NCBI GenBank assembly: GCA_964035545.1
Contig: OZ037768.1
Coordinates: 16,289,875 to 16,353,874, forward strand
Source: Bugula neritina
Lineage: Eukaryota > Animalia > Bryozoa
Direction of reading: 5' to 3'
DNA: 64,000 nt
The notes under the pieces were generated by a model that saw only the letters and a list, made by a program, of their open reading frames with translations, was not told where the DNA came from and did not search any database. The position numbers and the translations under genes were made by a program. Below are positions 1 to 28,500 of the stretch, piece by piece (positions within the stretch are counted from its first letter, which is position 1; every line of letters begins with the position of its first letter).

Positions 1-522
1 TAGATCTGATGTAATCAAGTCCTTGTGTGATTTCAATTTAACACATGCATTAGTCTAAATCTTGCTAGTCAGCTGCTACTTTGACCTTGACTGAAATTAG
101 CCAAAGGTCATTGCCTGGACATTGGTCTAGCTTTTTCCAAAATTTTCTGGATGCTTAAAGACTAGTTTACAAGAATTTAACCATCTATTTCCTTCAATCA
201 TTTTTATTTTGAAAGGGAAATTTAAATATAAACATTGCAAGTTTTAAAAAGTTCTGTCAAATGTCAATATTTAGCTAATGGAATAAAAATATTGAATGAT
301 TTAGACAGCTTGCTCTACATAATACTTTACTGATGGCTAATGGTAGTGTTAGTATTAATATGTTAATCAATACTGGATACTTTCTAGTGGACTTTTTCAT
401 TGTAGTTAGAGTTGACTGTAGAGATATTTGTTTTGAACTTGGTGGCAGGTTGTGAGGGTTTCTCTGTCACATTATCTTTATTGCAAATCTAAAGTATGCT
501 ATAATACAACATTTAACTGCCT

Positions 523-657
523 TACTGCTACTACTACTCCCACTACTGCTACTACTACTCCCACTACTGCTACTACTACTACTGCTGCTACTACTACTGC
601 TACTACTGCTACTACTACTGCTACTACTGCTATTACTACTGCCACTACTACTGCTAT
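523..657. repeat. (ACT/GCT)n trinucleotide microsatellite
   Basis: Read directly from the sequence. It produces spurious poly-Thr and poly-Ser ORFs. Confidence 0.95.
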
Positions 658-1277
658 TAAGACGACTGATATTTCTACATATCCTATAAGGAATGAGGAG
701 CATAAAGCAAAGTCTTTCAGCCAGTCAGTGAATGACTATGAGTAACAATTATGTGGGCTAGCCCTGATTTAATTTGGTACACAAGCGTACACAGTGGGTG
801 CAGGTACACTATCGACTAAGATTCAGTTGATAGGAACATAGTACCCCATGTTTGTGCCCTTTCCTTTAACAACAAGAACTGGCACTAGCTCTAGGTTGAC
901 TTGTATTCTATGCTAGGTATCTGGAGTCCAAGGTGCAATATTGGGTAGTTTCATGGGTACACAAGTTTGTGTGTTATGCTCATTCTCTCCTAGGGTTATG
1001 TAGACAACTTGTTCTTTGTATAGTGTGTGCAATAAACTAGCTGCATGGTCTGTGTTTAAGTGGACTCCTGTTAACTGTGTTCTACCTGTAAACTCAATGC
1101 TTTATAACTTCATTAACTTTTAGCACTCCGCCATCATTAAACATGTAACATCTACAGAAAATATATCATGTTGTAAAAAAATTGTTTTGTGGCAGTACAA
1201 TCTAAAACTTAACTATTTTTACCAAAAGAGTGTTTGATGAGAAGCCCTGTTAGTTTTAGAGTGTTAATATTCTATAG

Positions 1278-15464
<14,187 letters not shown>

Positions 15465-17454
15465 GTGAAAAACAGTTAAATTGTATGCATGATGTGTGAA
15501 TTCATTATATCAATATATAATCTATAATGTGTTTTTGTTCTAATATTACTATTACTGTTACTCACTTGGCTTATGCTATGTTCCTTTTTGAAATCTCTAA
15601 TTGCTGTTAGTGAAAAGTGTTTCTTCACTCAAGCCAGTAATAGTCCAACTGGTTTTGTTATTTCTAACTGGCAAGGCTAGGGTAAAAATCAAGATATGCT
15701 ACATGCAGATTTAACCTTATTTAACCAAGTCATGCCCAGGTCTTCACCTAGAAACTGCTCAAACTTGTTTAATGTTCTTTGGTATTCAAGTTACTATATA
15801 ATATTAGCCCCTATATCATATTTACAAAGGTTTTGTTTGTGAATAATTTTTACTTTAACTGTTTTATGCTATAAAATTTGACTTCTATGCTATCTATCTA
15901 TATAGCATGTGAGATATCGTGTTTTTTGTTTTTTCCATGTAAGCTTTCCAAGGCCCAATATTTTTTGGTTACTATGCAACTTTACTTGCTTACAAAATAC
16001 GCAATTGTCTTTTTATTTATTAAAGGAGCTTTGGGGTTGTGCTGTCTGCATACATTTACACTATGAATAGCAAAGAAAGTTATTTTTCCAAGCTATAACG
16101 TCATGTTACAATATAATTATTCTTTAAATTTGACTTTGACCAGATATTTTTGTTAGATTTAAATTCTCACTAGTGACTAAGTATGGTTAAAACTGCAGCT
16201 TTTTCACTCAAGTAATAGTAGACATTACCAAAATGCTGCACAATTAATACGTTATGCAATTAAGTAAGACAGTTTATCTTTAAAAAAGGTCCTGTGCAAA
16301 CAAAAAATAATATAAAAGTCCTTATTTAGTAAGAGAACTGACAACTTCCAACAAAATGTCCAGCATACTGTAAGGAGAAATGTGAGTATATTACCTGAAA
16401 ACTAAATTGAAAAATATTTTCATAATATAATCTCTTCATAGTCAGGACATAAAGATTCAGTGCTATAACAAGGTTTGATGCATGCTCACATGATCAGTTG
16501 ATATTATAATCTTGTGTTAAGTAAAAATTCTAGCATTCCACGAATTAGTATATACAGCATACTATATTACACTGCTCATTACGAAAATAATGGCAATAAT
16601 AAAAACAAAGAAGTTTACGAAAAACACATTGTGCAGTGTCTCCTGCTTTCAGTTGTTGCTGCATTTGTTTCAACCAGTTACCTAGTATTTACCACTTTAC
16701 ATAAAGTAACATGAGCCAACATCGCACAATGCCAGGAAACTAGTAAGCAATTACAACCTGATTGTGGAGACAATGAGAGAAGTTAATAAAGGAGTTCACT
16801 CCTCTTTTCTATTAGCATTATAATTAATTTTTGAGTTTTGTCTGTCATGTCACTTAATTATTTGCCCTACAGATAACTAGGTAACAGATAAACTTTATAG
16901 GTTGTGTCCTTCTTCCTACCAAACTCTTTCTGGCAGAGATTAGCCGCTGCATGCTGCACATATACACTGCATGCTTAATACACTAAAAAGTTTCAGTCCA
17001 ACACACACATTCTTTTGTTAAACAAAAATTACTACAGTTTGTGGTAAGGGTAGAATAATATATTTGTTTGATGATTGCCCATGATTTTTATTTATTGACT
17101 AAAGGTTAATACAAAAGTAAACTATTACTAAAGTCCTGGTATTAAACAAGCATACTGTAAATATATATATTGAATTTAAGACAAAATATGTTATAAAATA
17201 ATTAATAGCAAAAAACTGTACTGATTGAGTTAAATTTAAAAAAGCATGATTTATATAAACTTCATAGTTATAGCACCTATGTCTACAGAAATACAAAATT
17301 AAAACTACGCTTCAATACTGAAAAGCAATAGTTATTGCAAAATATCATAACTACCTTAGCCACAGATTGAGGCAAGGCTAATCCTAGCTGAATCTAAAAA
17401 TATGTTCGAGCAGTTGTATGTAGGTTTGATCAGCAAATGTGCTTTCAGATATCT

Positions 17455-19214
17455 CTACTTCCACAAGGGGGACCAGGGAGCCGGAGTGAGGAGACGGCCA
17501 TGAATATCACTTGTATACTTGGACAGAGCACTCCCTGCAAATACAATATTTTAGTCCTTAGTCCTTAGTTTATAGATTTATTAAAACTTTCAACACTAGT
17601 AAAATAAATATTTCAAAAATTAGTTCAGTACTACAGCTTCAGAATTTTCCCAACGTTTGAAAAAACGTTTTTGAAGACTTGAATAGTTGCGCTTTATTTA
17701 TTCATCGTTGGAAAATAATATATATTAAATACGTTGAGTTGTTTTCAAAGGTAGAAAATATGAATTAAAACTTCAATAATCACAAAACAAAGAAAACGGT
17801 TTTCTTTCGTGCCTATTACATGATAAATACTATCAAAATGTATCAATACCAAACAGTATTACACGTATGTAGTACTCCACTCACACGCTGTAGATGATGC
17901 TAAAGCTGGATTTTTCTTAGAATCAAATTCATCAGCTTGAAAGACAGCATAGGCTAAAATTTTAAAAAAACACAGCTTTGAAAGTTCATCAATTATAATG
18001 TGGCTAGATCAATTCTAACCTGTAAGAATTTGCACAACTGTGTCGACACTGTAATCAGCACTAGTCAGCAGTTGATGAAGCTGGTTTAAGTTGAACTCAA
18101 ATGAATTGGGTGCTCATCATATGGCAACATATACAGTTGTGAACTCTGTTTTTCCATAAAATTGTTGCAAAGTTGAAAAGTAAATATTCACAAGTCAAAT
18201 AAACACTACAAAATAAGTATCTATACTCTAGAGCACTTAATAAATGGTTGCCTATGAAATAATTGTAGGTGTCTCATAATAATTTATGGATTTATACACA
18301 TAAACATACCATTTCTCAATGGATTTTTACCCAGCTCCTCTTTCCATACACCCAAAGCATTTAAATCAGCATCCTTAATGAATTCCTGTAAAGCTTGTGA
18401 CAGAGTACTTTCAGATGTTGACGGAGAAAATGTAAAACTGTATAAAAAGTATACACCTAAAATAGATAAGACGGGCAAGACTTACACCTGTTTTAGATTA
18501 TCCCAAGTTTTTAAGGTTCTTTTAACGAAATTGGAGCAGATTCAGCAAACTTTGAACGAATTAACAAAGGAAGTTTTAGTATTAGATTTTTTAGCTGAGT
18601 TTCAACAAGACAAGGAAAGATCATGATCCTCAACTTTGTTTACAATAACAGCATGCATATTTCAACAGTTAATATAATACCAACCACCAGGTTTAACATC
18701 TTCCTGTACTTTGCTCCACGGAAAGAGTCGCATGGTAAGGTTATCCTGCTTTTCAAAGAGCTTGAGCATTGGCGTAGCTTGGGCAATCCAATCAGCATCA
18801 CCGGCTAGAGCCTTTCTGATAGCAGCTCTTTTAGCATAACTCTCTAAAAAGAAATTGAAATAATGCACAACTCAGCTCCTTTTATAAATTAGCTGCAAAA
18901 ATTGTACACTGTATTTACTTCTGTGCCTAAACTCTATAATAATTGAGACAATAGAAACTGAAAAGAAATGAATTCACTAAAGATTGTTCATAGATACCAT
19001 ATTCCCAAACGTGAATAGCCTCTCCAAGTCCTCCAATTTCAGAGAAAAAGTAGCCAAATGCTGGGGAATGTTTAAAGCGAGTTTCCATAGCAGGTGCTGA
19101 GGATTCCATGACTGCCTTTGTGTTGCCAGGTTTCAGTGAGTATATTCTTAGTTCATACAGCTTGTCAAAGCATCTTGCAGAGGTTGATAGTCTTCTAACA
19201 AAGCCTTGAAACAT
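17455..19214 (-). CDS. NIPSNAP3: NIPSNAP family protein, NIPSNAP3-like (about 223 aa, probable mitochondrial presequence)
   Basis: Exons 19214-18998, 18843-18685, 18456-18310, 17953-17885 and 17534-17455 join in frame. Motifs: LYELRIYSLKPG, GYFFSEIGG..IHVWEYESYAKRAAIRKALAGDADW and C-terminal LLTPAPWSPLWK. The N-terminus MFQGFVRRLSTSARC is Arg-rich. An acceptor just upstream of the ATG implies a further 5'UTR exon. Confidence 0.88.
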
Positions 19215-19873
19215 GCTGAAATCTACAATAAAAATAAAATTGAGTTTTCTCAAAATAAGCATAAACAATTGCCAAAACTCATGGCTAGCCAGTTAAGGTT
19301 TAAACAGGAAAATTTAGGTCATGTCAAAGTCAAGTAATTAGAGATGTTTGATAGATACCAATAGGTGTAGCACTCATTTGAATATAATCTCATAAGACAT
19401 TAGTAGTGATTAGTTGTATTCAATTTCTACTATTATCAAACCATTAGAATACAAATAAATTAGTAGTTTATAACCATTTGACATTGTTAAATTTAATGTT
19501 TTGATCCTTTAGATCTTAGCAAGCCCATTAGACTTGAGTCAAGTAAATTGCATACAATCAACGCATGTAAGTTTACACAGCTAATTTCAAATTATCAAGT
19601 TGACCAAGTCTTTGCAAACTAGAATATTTGAAATCCTTAGCCACCTACTAAGATCATTGGTTTGAATCAATGACTTGCTTAACTGCTTGCTCAAGTAACT
19701 GACTTGACTGAACATTTCGATCAATTTGCTGCCAAGTTTTAAAATTTAAGCAAATTCAAAACTGCTCAATTGATTTTTTTACTTTAACAGCAGCCACTTG
19801 AATAAATTTGCTAAATTTATTATAAATAAAAACTTTTCACAAAGTTATTTTGCAATAGACTATAATTTCAATA

Positions 19874-21953
19874 GGGGTAAGGGGGTGGCACAACAGACGG
19901 AATTTCGAATTTTTTGCCATCATTCATCTGTTTTTCAAGTTACTAGTTCAATAATCTCTAGTCTGAATGCTACACCAGTTGTCTATTATAGGTATCAGTC
20001 GGTTGTGTCTATTGCTTTCACAACTTTCAGAATAATCATATTTTCATTATGAAAAAAATGGCCCATTGGGCCTCGGTACCGGGGTACAATGGGCCACTGG
20101 ATGGGACACAACAAATATATTGAAACTTTGTTGATTTGGTTGCATCTGACCTTTATTTAATGATACACAAATAAATAAAAATACTCTTTCAGATCTACAG
20201 CAAAAGTCATGTTTTAGCTGTACAGTGTACAGTTGTACCACCACAGATAGCAGGGGGAGGCAAAATCAAACGCAGGTTACTCATTTCTACGATGCCATCA
20301 TCATTACTGTTTAGAACTAACATTCTTTTTATTTCCACTTGACAGGAACTTTTATCAGAAAAAACTTTAGTAACATGCACTACAAAATTTCGAGTGGACT
20401 TTTTTCCACGAACTGTAGCTAAGGTGCATGGCTGAGGTTTGTGACTGGAGTGCGGAAGGGGGAGGTGGGGGAGAAAATGAGCAAATCACAATTTATTTTA
20501 GACAAATACATGTATATTCCCTCAATGATATAATGCATAATGAATATCATCACTATACATTAGTAGCAACAGCAGAGTGTTTGGTATGATGTATAAAAAA
20601 GCAAAGCTATAACCACACAAGATGTATACAGGCCTATTAGGGGAGCTTCACCTTGTAGTTTGGTAGTCTTACCATGATGTCTTTGATATTTTACAAAAAT
20701 CTTTAGATCTTTAGATTTTATTAACATTTCAACTAACCTTTCGGGCAAACAAACTAGGGTCATTCCGTGTCAAATCAACCAAATTTCAGAAAGTCCCACC
20801 CACGCCTTTTCGTCTTAGATTTTGTTCATATTTACACCAAATGGATCTACACATGTCCCAAGTACTATTCTGGAATATTTCTGGCCTGACACAAAAACTT
20901 TTTGAGAAATGACTACTCCCGTGAACAAAGGTTGGGAAAAATTTCGAGGAAAATTTGTGATTTTTACTTTTAGACCAATTTATAAACGTCCATATCTCAA
21001 TCATTTTTTCTATACTGAGCCTTAAAATTTGCTGTGATTTGATGACACCTATCAATTTGCACTAGTAGCAACACCATACTACAGAATTCTTTGTGTGCAT
21101 ATATGCTAAGCCATTGAATATTGAAAATTTTTGTAAATTTTGAAACATTTCGAATATTCGCCACATCATAAAATGCGTTTATCTTTATTTTAGTTGCATA
21201 AATTTTTATCCATAAATAGCTGATTATGGCGACTTTATACTCCTCAATTTGTGTAATTTTGAAAATAATACTTTCCGAGATATAGACACCCAAAGTGAAG
21301 AAAATGTGAAAATTCACTCAACTTGACAAAGATGTAACCCGATGTCTGAATACAGTAAAATCTTTTAAACAAGCATTTTCTGTAAGGTCATTTAGTGCAT
21401 TTTGTAGATTCATAAGTTTGAGCGTCCTTATATTGTTCAAACTTAACAAAATACCGCGCGGAAAAATGGTATGCGTACGAAAATCGACAAAATGCAATTC
21501 TTCATTATATGTTGGGATCGTACATTTTTTATTGAATTGACGCGGAATGAACCACTAATAAAAGTTATCAGGGTGCAATGATCAGGTGGCCCATTGTGCC
21601 CAAGTTGAAAATAAATGTGGCTCAAGGAAAATTTATTTTAAAGTTAGCTATTATATTAGTTGAGCAATGTAGCGACAAGCAATGGCAACAATATCAGCAA
21701 AATCTAGGCTTGTTACCTTTGAGTGTAAAAAGTTATAAAGCTTTAATGACATCTTAAAAAGTTTACAAAATGTAGGTAAAAACAGTTTTTGACTCGCCTC
21801 TTCAACATGTATGCTACGCAAGTGTTGAAACTACAATGGCTGAATAATTATGTCAATATCTTTTGATTAAAAAAATCACAACCCTAAGTCAGTACACAAT
21901 TTGACCAGCTTTTTGTACCCCTATGACCGCTGTCTCCCCCTCCCCCTTACCTC
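19874..21953. mobile_element. Degenerate non-autonomous TA-flanked TIR element (pogo-like ends)
   Basis: TA|GGGGTAAGGGGG ... CCCCCTTACCTC|TA. An internal inverted motif ACAATGGGCCAC occurs at about 20086 and 21586. Contains a nested element. Confidence 0.55.
20757..21553. mobile_element. Nested 797-bp TIR element with 4-bp TSD (possibly Sola-like)
   Basis: TIRs GGGTCATTCCGTGTCAAATCAA and (reverse complement) GGTTCATTCCGCGTCAATTCAA. ACTA is duplicated at 20753-56 and 21554-57. The superfamily call is inference from the TSD length. Confidence 0.7.
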
Positions 21954-22055
21954 TACTGTAAGAGACTGACCATGAAAAGTTATTTTAAATATTTGAAGAG
22001 TATAAGTAAATATTGAGTTGAAACAGACTAAACAGTAAACTTACTTTTAGAGTAA

Positions 22056-22399
22056 GCCTAGGGCCACACTGTGCGTATTTTCGCATGCGAAAATTGAAAC
22101 CACAGGTAGCAAAGGTGTCCACTGTAGCATCAGTGATGCGGGATAAATAAAGCTTTCATTTTTATATCGCACTCGCTTTTAATAAAACGCAATTTACTGG
22201 AATATAGCACTAAAATAAAAGAACTGGGCTCGCTAAATAACTACCAGCCAATTAGGTGACAAAGACAGAGACGATTCGCACTTGCATTCAGAACGCTGAG
22301 CGACAAGTGCAAATTTTTTCTCAACGCATACAGTGGACACCTTTGCTACTTGTGGTTTAAATGTTCGCATGCGAAAATACGCACAGTGTGGCCCTAGGC
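22056..22399. mobile_element. 344-bp MITE, PIF/Harbinger (Tourist)-like, copy 1
   Basis: TIRs of about 70 bp beginning GCCTAGGGCCACAC, with TAA on both flanks. A near-identical copy is at 30203-30546. Confidence 0.88.
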
Positions 22400-22737
22400 T
22401 AATAGTAATACTAATTGTAAAACTAAATAATAATACCAATAGTAAATGTCAATTTGACTGCTACTAGTTGCTCATACTGTCATACTGATACTCACTGTCT
22501 CAGACTCATGAGTCATGTCAGTGATAGCAAAAACACAATATTAAAAATTAGCCATACTGATTATGATACTCATAGTCATAGAGATAGTGATGTACTTATA
22601 GTATTCAGTATTCTTATCCTGAGTCTGCATTCACGATTCATATAGATATACTTACACTAAATCTAATACTTATAGTTATAGTAACAGTAACAATTATTAT
22701 TAATGATACTCACACTCACACTGTACAACTAAAAGTA

Positions 22738-25700
22738 GGGGAGACGGGGGGGGGGGGGGGGGGCACAGTGGGCGGTTTTCGGCACTTTTCTTCATTAAAA
22801 ACTGTAACCTTAACTCTCTGGCTCAAAACTCCCTAGTATGAAAGGCAGATATGTTCTTTAATACATACCAATGTTATTGAGCTCCATTTTATAAACTCTT
22901 CTTGATATTACAATTTTACAACTGTGCCCCCGACTATGGGGCACAGTGGTCAGTAGTACGGGGCACAGTGGTCAATTTGTAGTTTTATGGCTCATGAACA
23001 AATCTAGTGATGTGAAAACTGTTTTAATTTATATTATATTTATGCTGACACCTGTACAGCTACCACAATTATATAATTAATAGACTAATTAACAATTAAT
23101 AGATTAATAACTGTTTACTCAATCACCATAAGCAATGGTAGTGTCAACTGAATGTGATGTGAATGTGACTTACTTGAAAAACTGAAACTAGGCACCTAAT
23201 GTCAACAAAACTTGTTGCAATTTAACTAACAAAAATGTCTTGTATAGCAAGAATTACATAATTATATGCATGTAAGTCAACAGCAAAGTGCAATTTCTGT
23301 GAGGTACGTTTGGTGCCCCCATTTATGGCCAGTGATGGTAAAAGTAAAACAATATCCTTCATTGGTACAATGGCACTGTCTTTCTCATCTGGGAATGCAA
23401 ATTGATTTCCAATGTTGGTCAAGAAATCAACACAAACTTCATCATCAGACTTTATAATAGACGTTATTACAGCTACAAAATGCTTTGTAGCTCGTTTGCC
23501 ATGAACTGCCACCAGCACATATTCTGAAATATTCAGGTTGTCAATTTTTATATTTTGTTGAGTTATTTCATCAGCTTCACTTGTTAATTCATCATCGCTG
23601 TCACTTTGAAGTTGTTTTGCCAGTTCCTTCTCTTCAGCATCCAGTTGCTCTTCGTCGCTTGATTCAATAAATTGTTTTCTTGCAGCTTTCTGTAATAAAC
23701 CAAAAAGAACATAAATATATGTCATAGACATAATATTATTTACAAAAATTTGTTTTGAACATAAGATAGAATGACACATTCGTTTGTACATCAACTTAAC
23801 AGTGATTAGATGTATTAGTTTGTAAAATAATACAATTGACTGAACTTAATTTTTTGAACACCTTTATTTTCCTACTCTTTTTCTTAGCCCGCTTTTCGGC
23901 TTCATCCGCTAGTTTTTCTTTGACAGGAGTGTTTGTCAAAATAGAAGAGAACTTTCTTTTATTCGAGCGGTTAGCTTTCCGTTGCCCTGCCTTTGGAATT
24001 GGGCGAATTTCTTCTGGAGATACCATTGGCAGTGTTTTTGAGCCTGTTAGGGTGGCATCTTCTGTTGTAGAAGTTGCGTCAGAACACCCAAGTGTTACAG
24101 CTGCAGTTGTAGGACTGGTATGTGAGCATCCTGGAGTGTTATCATCTAGCGTAGGAGTAGCCCTGTCTGTGACATAAGACCCCAAGAAGTCGTCATCAGA
24201 AAAGGCATGACGATCAAAGGGTGAAATCCCTGGTTTGCGAAACCCTGATGTAATATTATTCACTGTCATAGCTCTCCCAAAACTAGCATTGAACAACTCA
24301 GCCATGTTGTATATGGTTAGTGTTTTTCCAGGATTGTTTAGCTGCCATGAATTGGAAGCATCGTTGAAAAACCGCTTAAGTGGACCGTAAACTGATATGT
24401 TGAGAGGTTGCAGTTTGTGTGAACAATGGGGTGGGAAAGTTAATAACACCACACCATTTTCCTTTGCCAGCTCAATTGCCTGAATAGAGATATGGCTCTC
24501 ATGGTTGTCCATGAGCAGGAGTACCGGCCTTTCTTTTGTTACTCTCGTATGTTTGATAAAATGATTTAACCACTTGATGAACAGCTCAGATGAAATCCAC
24601 CCAGATGAATTAGCAGCACCAAGTGTCTCAGAGGGAGCGCCTGCAACCATATATTCTTTAAAATTGACCCTTGGAAAAATCATCATTGGTGGAATAAATC
24701 CGCTAGCCGCATTTATGGCACAAACTGCAGTGGTTAATACCCCACGCTCTGCAGAAGTCACTTGGCCAACTTGCTTGGCTTTTTGTCTGCAATAACTTTG
24801 GGTGGCTTATGCGCAGTGGTGAGTCCTGTCTCATCCATGTTCCATATGTCTCTACTACAAAAGTTGTACCTACTTAGAACTTCATCTAAGTTGTCATGAA
24901 ACTTGCCCACATTTACTTTGTTGAAACTAGTACTTCTACCGAGACTAGCGGCCTCTGGTTTTCGACATGAAAGACTTTGATGGCGCTTGAGAAATCCACT
25001 AATCCAATCCCCTCCTGCACATTCGTTGTCATCCCAACCAGATGGATACACACAATTATTTCTTTTTGCGTACTCCCAAGCCAACTGTCTGACTTGCTTT
25101 TTTGTCAATCCATGATGTTGTCTAGATGCTGTTAATATATAGTCTTCAAGCTTCAGTTCCTGATCTTTAGCAAATACAGAACGATGTGCTTTTGACTTTT
25201 GAAAATCCACAACACTATCAAGCCCTTTTAACCTTGCTTCTTCAACATAACGAGTTAAAGTCGTTCTTGGGATTTCCAAATCAGCAGACACCCTATTTAC
25301 TGACATACCCTCTATAAGTACCATTTTTGTTGCTGTTCTCATTACTTCAGCTGATACACGCTTGCTTTCTCGCCCATTGCTCTTTTTCTGGTAATTACGC
25401 ACCATATCTCACTTTTATGACAAACTGCAAAAGAAAAAAACTTTGAATTACTGACAGGTTGGGTCCTGGAATATAATAACTCCAATAATTGTGTTCCAAC
25501 AGAATGTTGAAGTACTTGAAAATATGTTTATATTTAACAGTTACATAGATAGTTAGCTATATGGGGCACAGGTGGGGTACAGTGGACATCATTAAGAGGG
25601 GCACAGTGGACGGATGTCCACTGTGCCCCTCTTAATGATGTCCACTGTACCCCACCTTGAATTTTAACTGAAAATTGCTGATGTTTTAAAATCTTTTCTT

Positions 25701-26020
25701 ATAAACTGTAAATAGTGTATATAGTGAAAAGCTACAGTATTTACTGCTACTAATTCTAAAAAATAGAGCACAAGACTTGGTTAGCATTAGAGTTATAATC
25801 GTTGAAAGTGGACAGTTGTAAACTTACTTTAGTGAGCTAAATTTAGATTTTGACTTACCACAGCTGTTAGCACATGCTTTCACTGTTAAACACAAAGATG
25901 GTTGATCCGTTACATCATTTCCTGCATATGCTAAAGATTTGACAACTTAAAATTAGTTAAGTATTTGAAAAAATAGATATGACCACTGTGCCCCTATGCC
26001 CACTGTGCCCCCATCTCCCC
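22738..26020 (-). mobile_element. pogo/Tigger-like (Tc1/mariner superfamily) DNA transposon, full length but disabled
   Basis: TA on both flanks (22736-37, 26021-22). TIRs are GGGGAGAYGGGGGCACAGTGGGC, with the left copy's G run expanded to 18. Subterminal GGGGCACAGTGG repeats occur at both ends, and there is an internal transposase. Confidence 0.9.
23222..25405 (-). pseudogene. pogo-like transposase (HTH-psq + CENP-B-type HTH + DDE_1), frameshifted
   Basis: ORF 25405-24758 carries the HTH domains and WNMDETG. A 1-nt frameshift near 24780 leads into ORF 24761-23796 (TSAERG, LLMDNHESH, HKLQPLN where QPLD is usual). A probable intron at about 23862-23691 is followed by an acidic/basic C-terminal exon ending at 23222. 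Confidence 0.85.
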
Positions 26021-26512
26021 TATATCAAAATGCAAATATTATAAATGTTACTTCAACTTCAACTTGAATTTCAACTCAAGTTGAACTTGTTTCAAAGTAA
26101 AACCAAAAGTAAATGCATATTGATATTAAATATTAATCATCAATGATTCTTTCAATCATCAATCATTCAATGTGATCAACTAAATCTAAAAGTAAATTAA
26201 AATATAATTGATTATTGTGGGAGCAATTGTTAATTCCCTAGTATATAATATTATAAATAATTATAATAATGCCAATTACTTACCAGTAATATTAAAAACT
26301 TACTATTACCAATAAGTAATAGTTATAGTAGGGTTAAATATGTCGACTTAGAGTTAGAGTCTGGGTTCACTTTCAAACAACCTCGTGGTTTATTATACTC
26401 CTTTGGGCCAGTCACCTTCTTGCAAAGCTGCGTGTGATCGTCGTGGTACGGTCTTGACCGTAGTTCTACGAGTTCATGACCTTCATGAACCCTACCTCTA
26501 TGAAAAGAAATA

Positions 26513-27295
26513 CACCGGCTTTCCAATCTCCATTCTCCAATCTCAGATCGATCTCAGCGAGATCGATCCATGGAAAGATGCTAAAGATCGATCTCCGTCG
26601 ATCTGAGCTGGTCGGTCTGTAGAGCTCGAACTCAGATCGATCTCATGTCAACAAGACCATGGAAAGACGCCAGATCGATCTGAGAAGTAGAAAAAGACTG
26701 CGCGCTACAATGTTGTCTGCTAATAAAAATGATAAGTTATTGATAATTGCTAAGCAAAGTATTAAATAATCATGATAGCCACTTTTTCAGATGCCAAAAC
26801 TTTGACTTTCATTACAATGATTAAGAAAACTCAATTATATGCAGTAGAAGGTAAAAAAATGGGAAAATTTAAATTGAATTTAAATGACTATCAAAACTTA
26901 GTTTCATTAGCTATTTTCTTTGTAATTTTAAGCCTAACAGTCCTGTTAGTTTATTAATAATCTGCAAGACAGCCATTAATTTTATATAAGCTGTCAAGCT
27001 AAAAAATTAAAATTAATTATTTTAAATTGGCCAAATTACCATACACTGAAAGCTTTGCTGCGTATAGTTTATAGCTGGGATTAAATTTTAGACTACTACC
27101 ATCTTGTTTTCAACAGTTGTAGCTTTAATCACTCAAATAGGTGAACAAATTATACTTTTAAAGTATCCTTCACTTAAGAGGAGGCAACTTCGCGAGATCG
27201 ATCTGACACTCTCATGGAAAAACGATCGATCTGAGCACATTTCTCAGATCGATCTCAGCGAGATTGATCTGAGATCGGTACATGGAAAGCCCGTG
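26513..27295. mobile_element. Non-autonomous TIR element with CAC termini (CMC/EnSpm-like)
   Basis: CACCGGCTTTCCA ... TGGAAAGCCCGTG, with a 3-bp ATA duplication on both flanks and many subterminal palindromic AGATCGATCT repeats. Confidence 0.72.
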
Positions 27296-28500
27296 ATATC
27301 AAGCCCATTGCGATTAAATGATTAGGTTTACTGTAAAATCATTGGTCTTATTAAACCAGAAAAATAGTCATAATGCAACGTATTGCTGAATGTGAAAAAG
27401 GTATAACAACTAACATCTCACACTTTATTATTTGCACCAATGTTTTTTGAGCGACAAATAGAATTTTATGAAACAAGTTTAACTAAATTAGTCAAAATAT
27501 GTCAGAGTAGGGTGTACCCAGCTTTGATGCAGAAAACGTATAGTTGCATTTATGTAGCAGCAGTAGTAAAAACTAATATTGAGATAGTCTAAGTTTTTTT
27601 TATTTTTTTTTACTAAACTTCTAGTTTCTAGTGTCATAATCAAACTTTTACCAAGCTAGTATTTTTAGCTATCATAATAATATTTTAGTTGATTTTAAAA
27701 CTGACTACAGCTGGTAGTTTCTCTGTAACATGAAAAGCTGGAATCCAGCATTATAGTACTCTGTTATTGATTAGCAGCATCTGTTGTGTATGTCACCAGG
27801 TTTACTAAATTTTGTATTTTACATTTCATTACTTTTGTATTTTTAGTCATTTTGTTCAAATAGTTATAATATATAATATAAATAAATACAAGAACAATTT
27901 TATTAATGTGATAGTTTGTGTTGCAATAAATGTCATTGTGGTTAATTGTTTTTTATAATTTTGATTGCATATGTAGCTTGTAAAATGAAGCTAGTGCTTT
28001 ACATATAGTTATCTGCAGAATGATGAGTTTTGTTAAAACTGCATCTATTTTGTACAATATTGCAACATGTTTTAATAAATTATATTCCAATACAGTCACA
28101 ACTATAATAAAATGATACAATATTGTTTAATACTACATAAGAAATAGGATATGACATCACAAGTAGCCTGTATAATTAAGATATGCACAACAATCAGCAC
28201 ATGATGTATTACTTTGCGTTGATGACATAACACCATTGGAAAGAGCTTACATTGAATGCTACAAAATGTCTGCTGTGATCAACTTTTTGGGCTTAATTAT
28301 GCTTATGGATATCGCCTATCGCTATTACATATTTAACTTTATTTGGTGGTGGTTGACTACAATACCATTTATTGTGACGCTTTTTGTTATCAACATGGTG
28401 GTATTTCTTGCATTTCCGTAAGTTACACAACTCTTAACTATACTTAATATTTGCTAATTCAACAGCTGCTTCACAGTGTAATTAAGTTTTACTGTTTTTC

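Noticed and set aside
452-745. Thr-rich 97-aa ORF (mucin-like) and the antisense poly-Ser ORF
   Set aside because: Both are explained by the ACT microsatellite, and I found no convincing splice sites joining them to ABCB1.
918-957. Possible upstream ABCB1 exon (VSGVQGAILGSFMG) with a compatible phase
   Set aside because: Short, with a weak donor and little resemblance to P-gp TM2, so I cannot support it.
26340-26510. CpG-richer segment, possible ncRNA or promoter
   Set aside because: I recognise no RNA family motif or convincing ORF.
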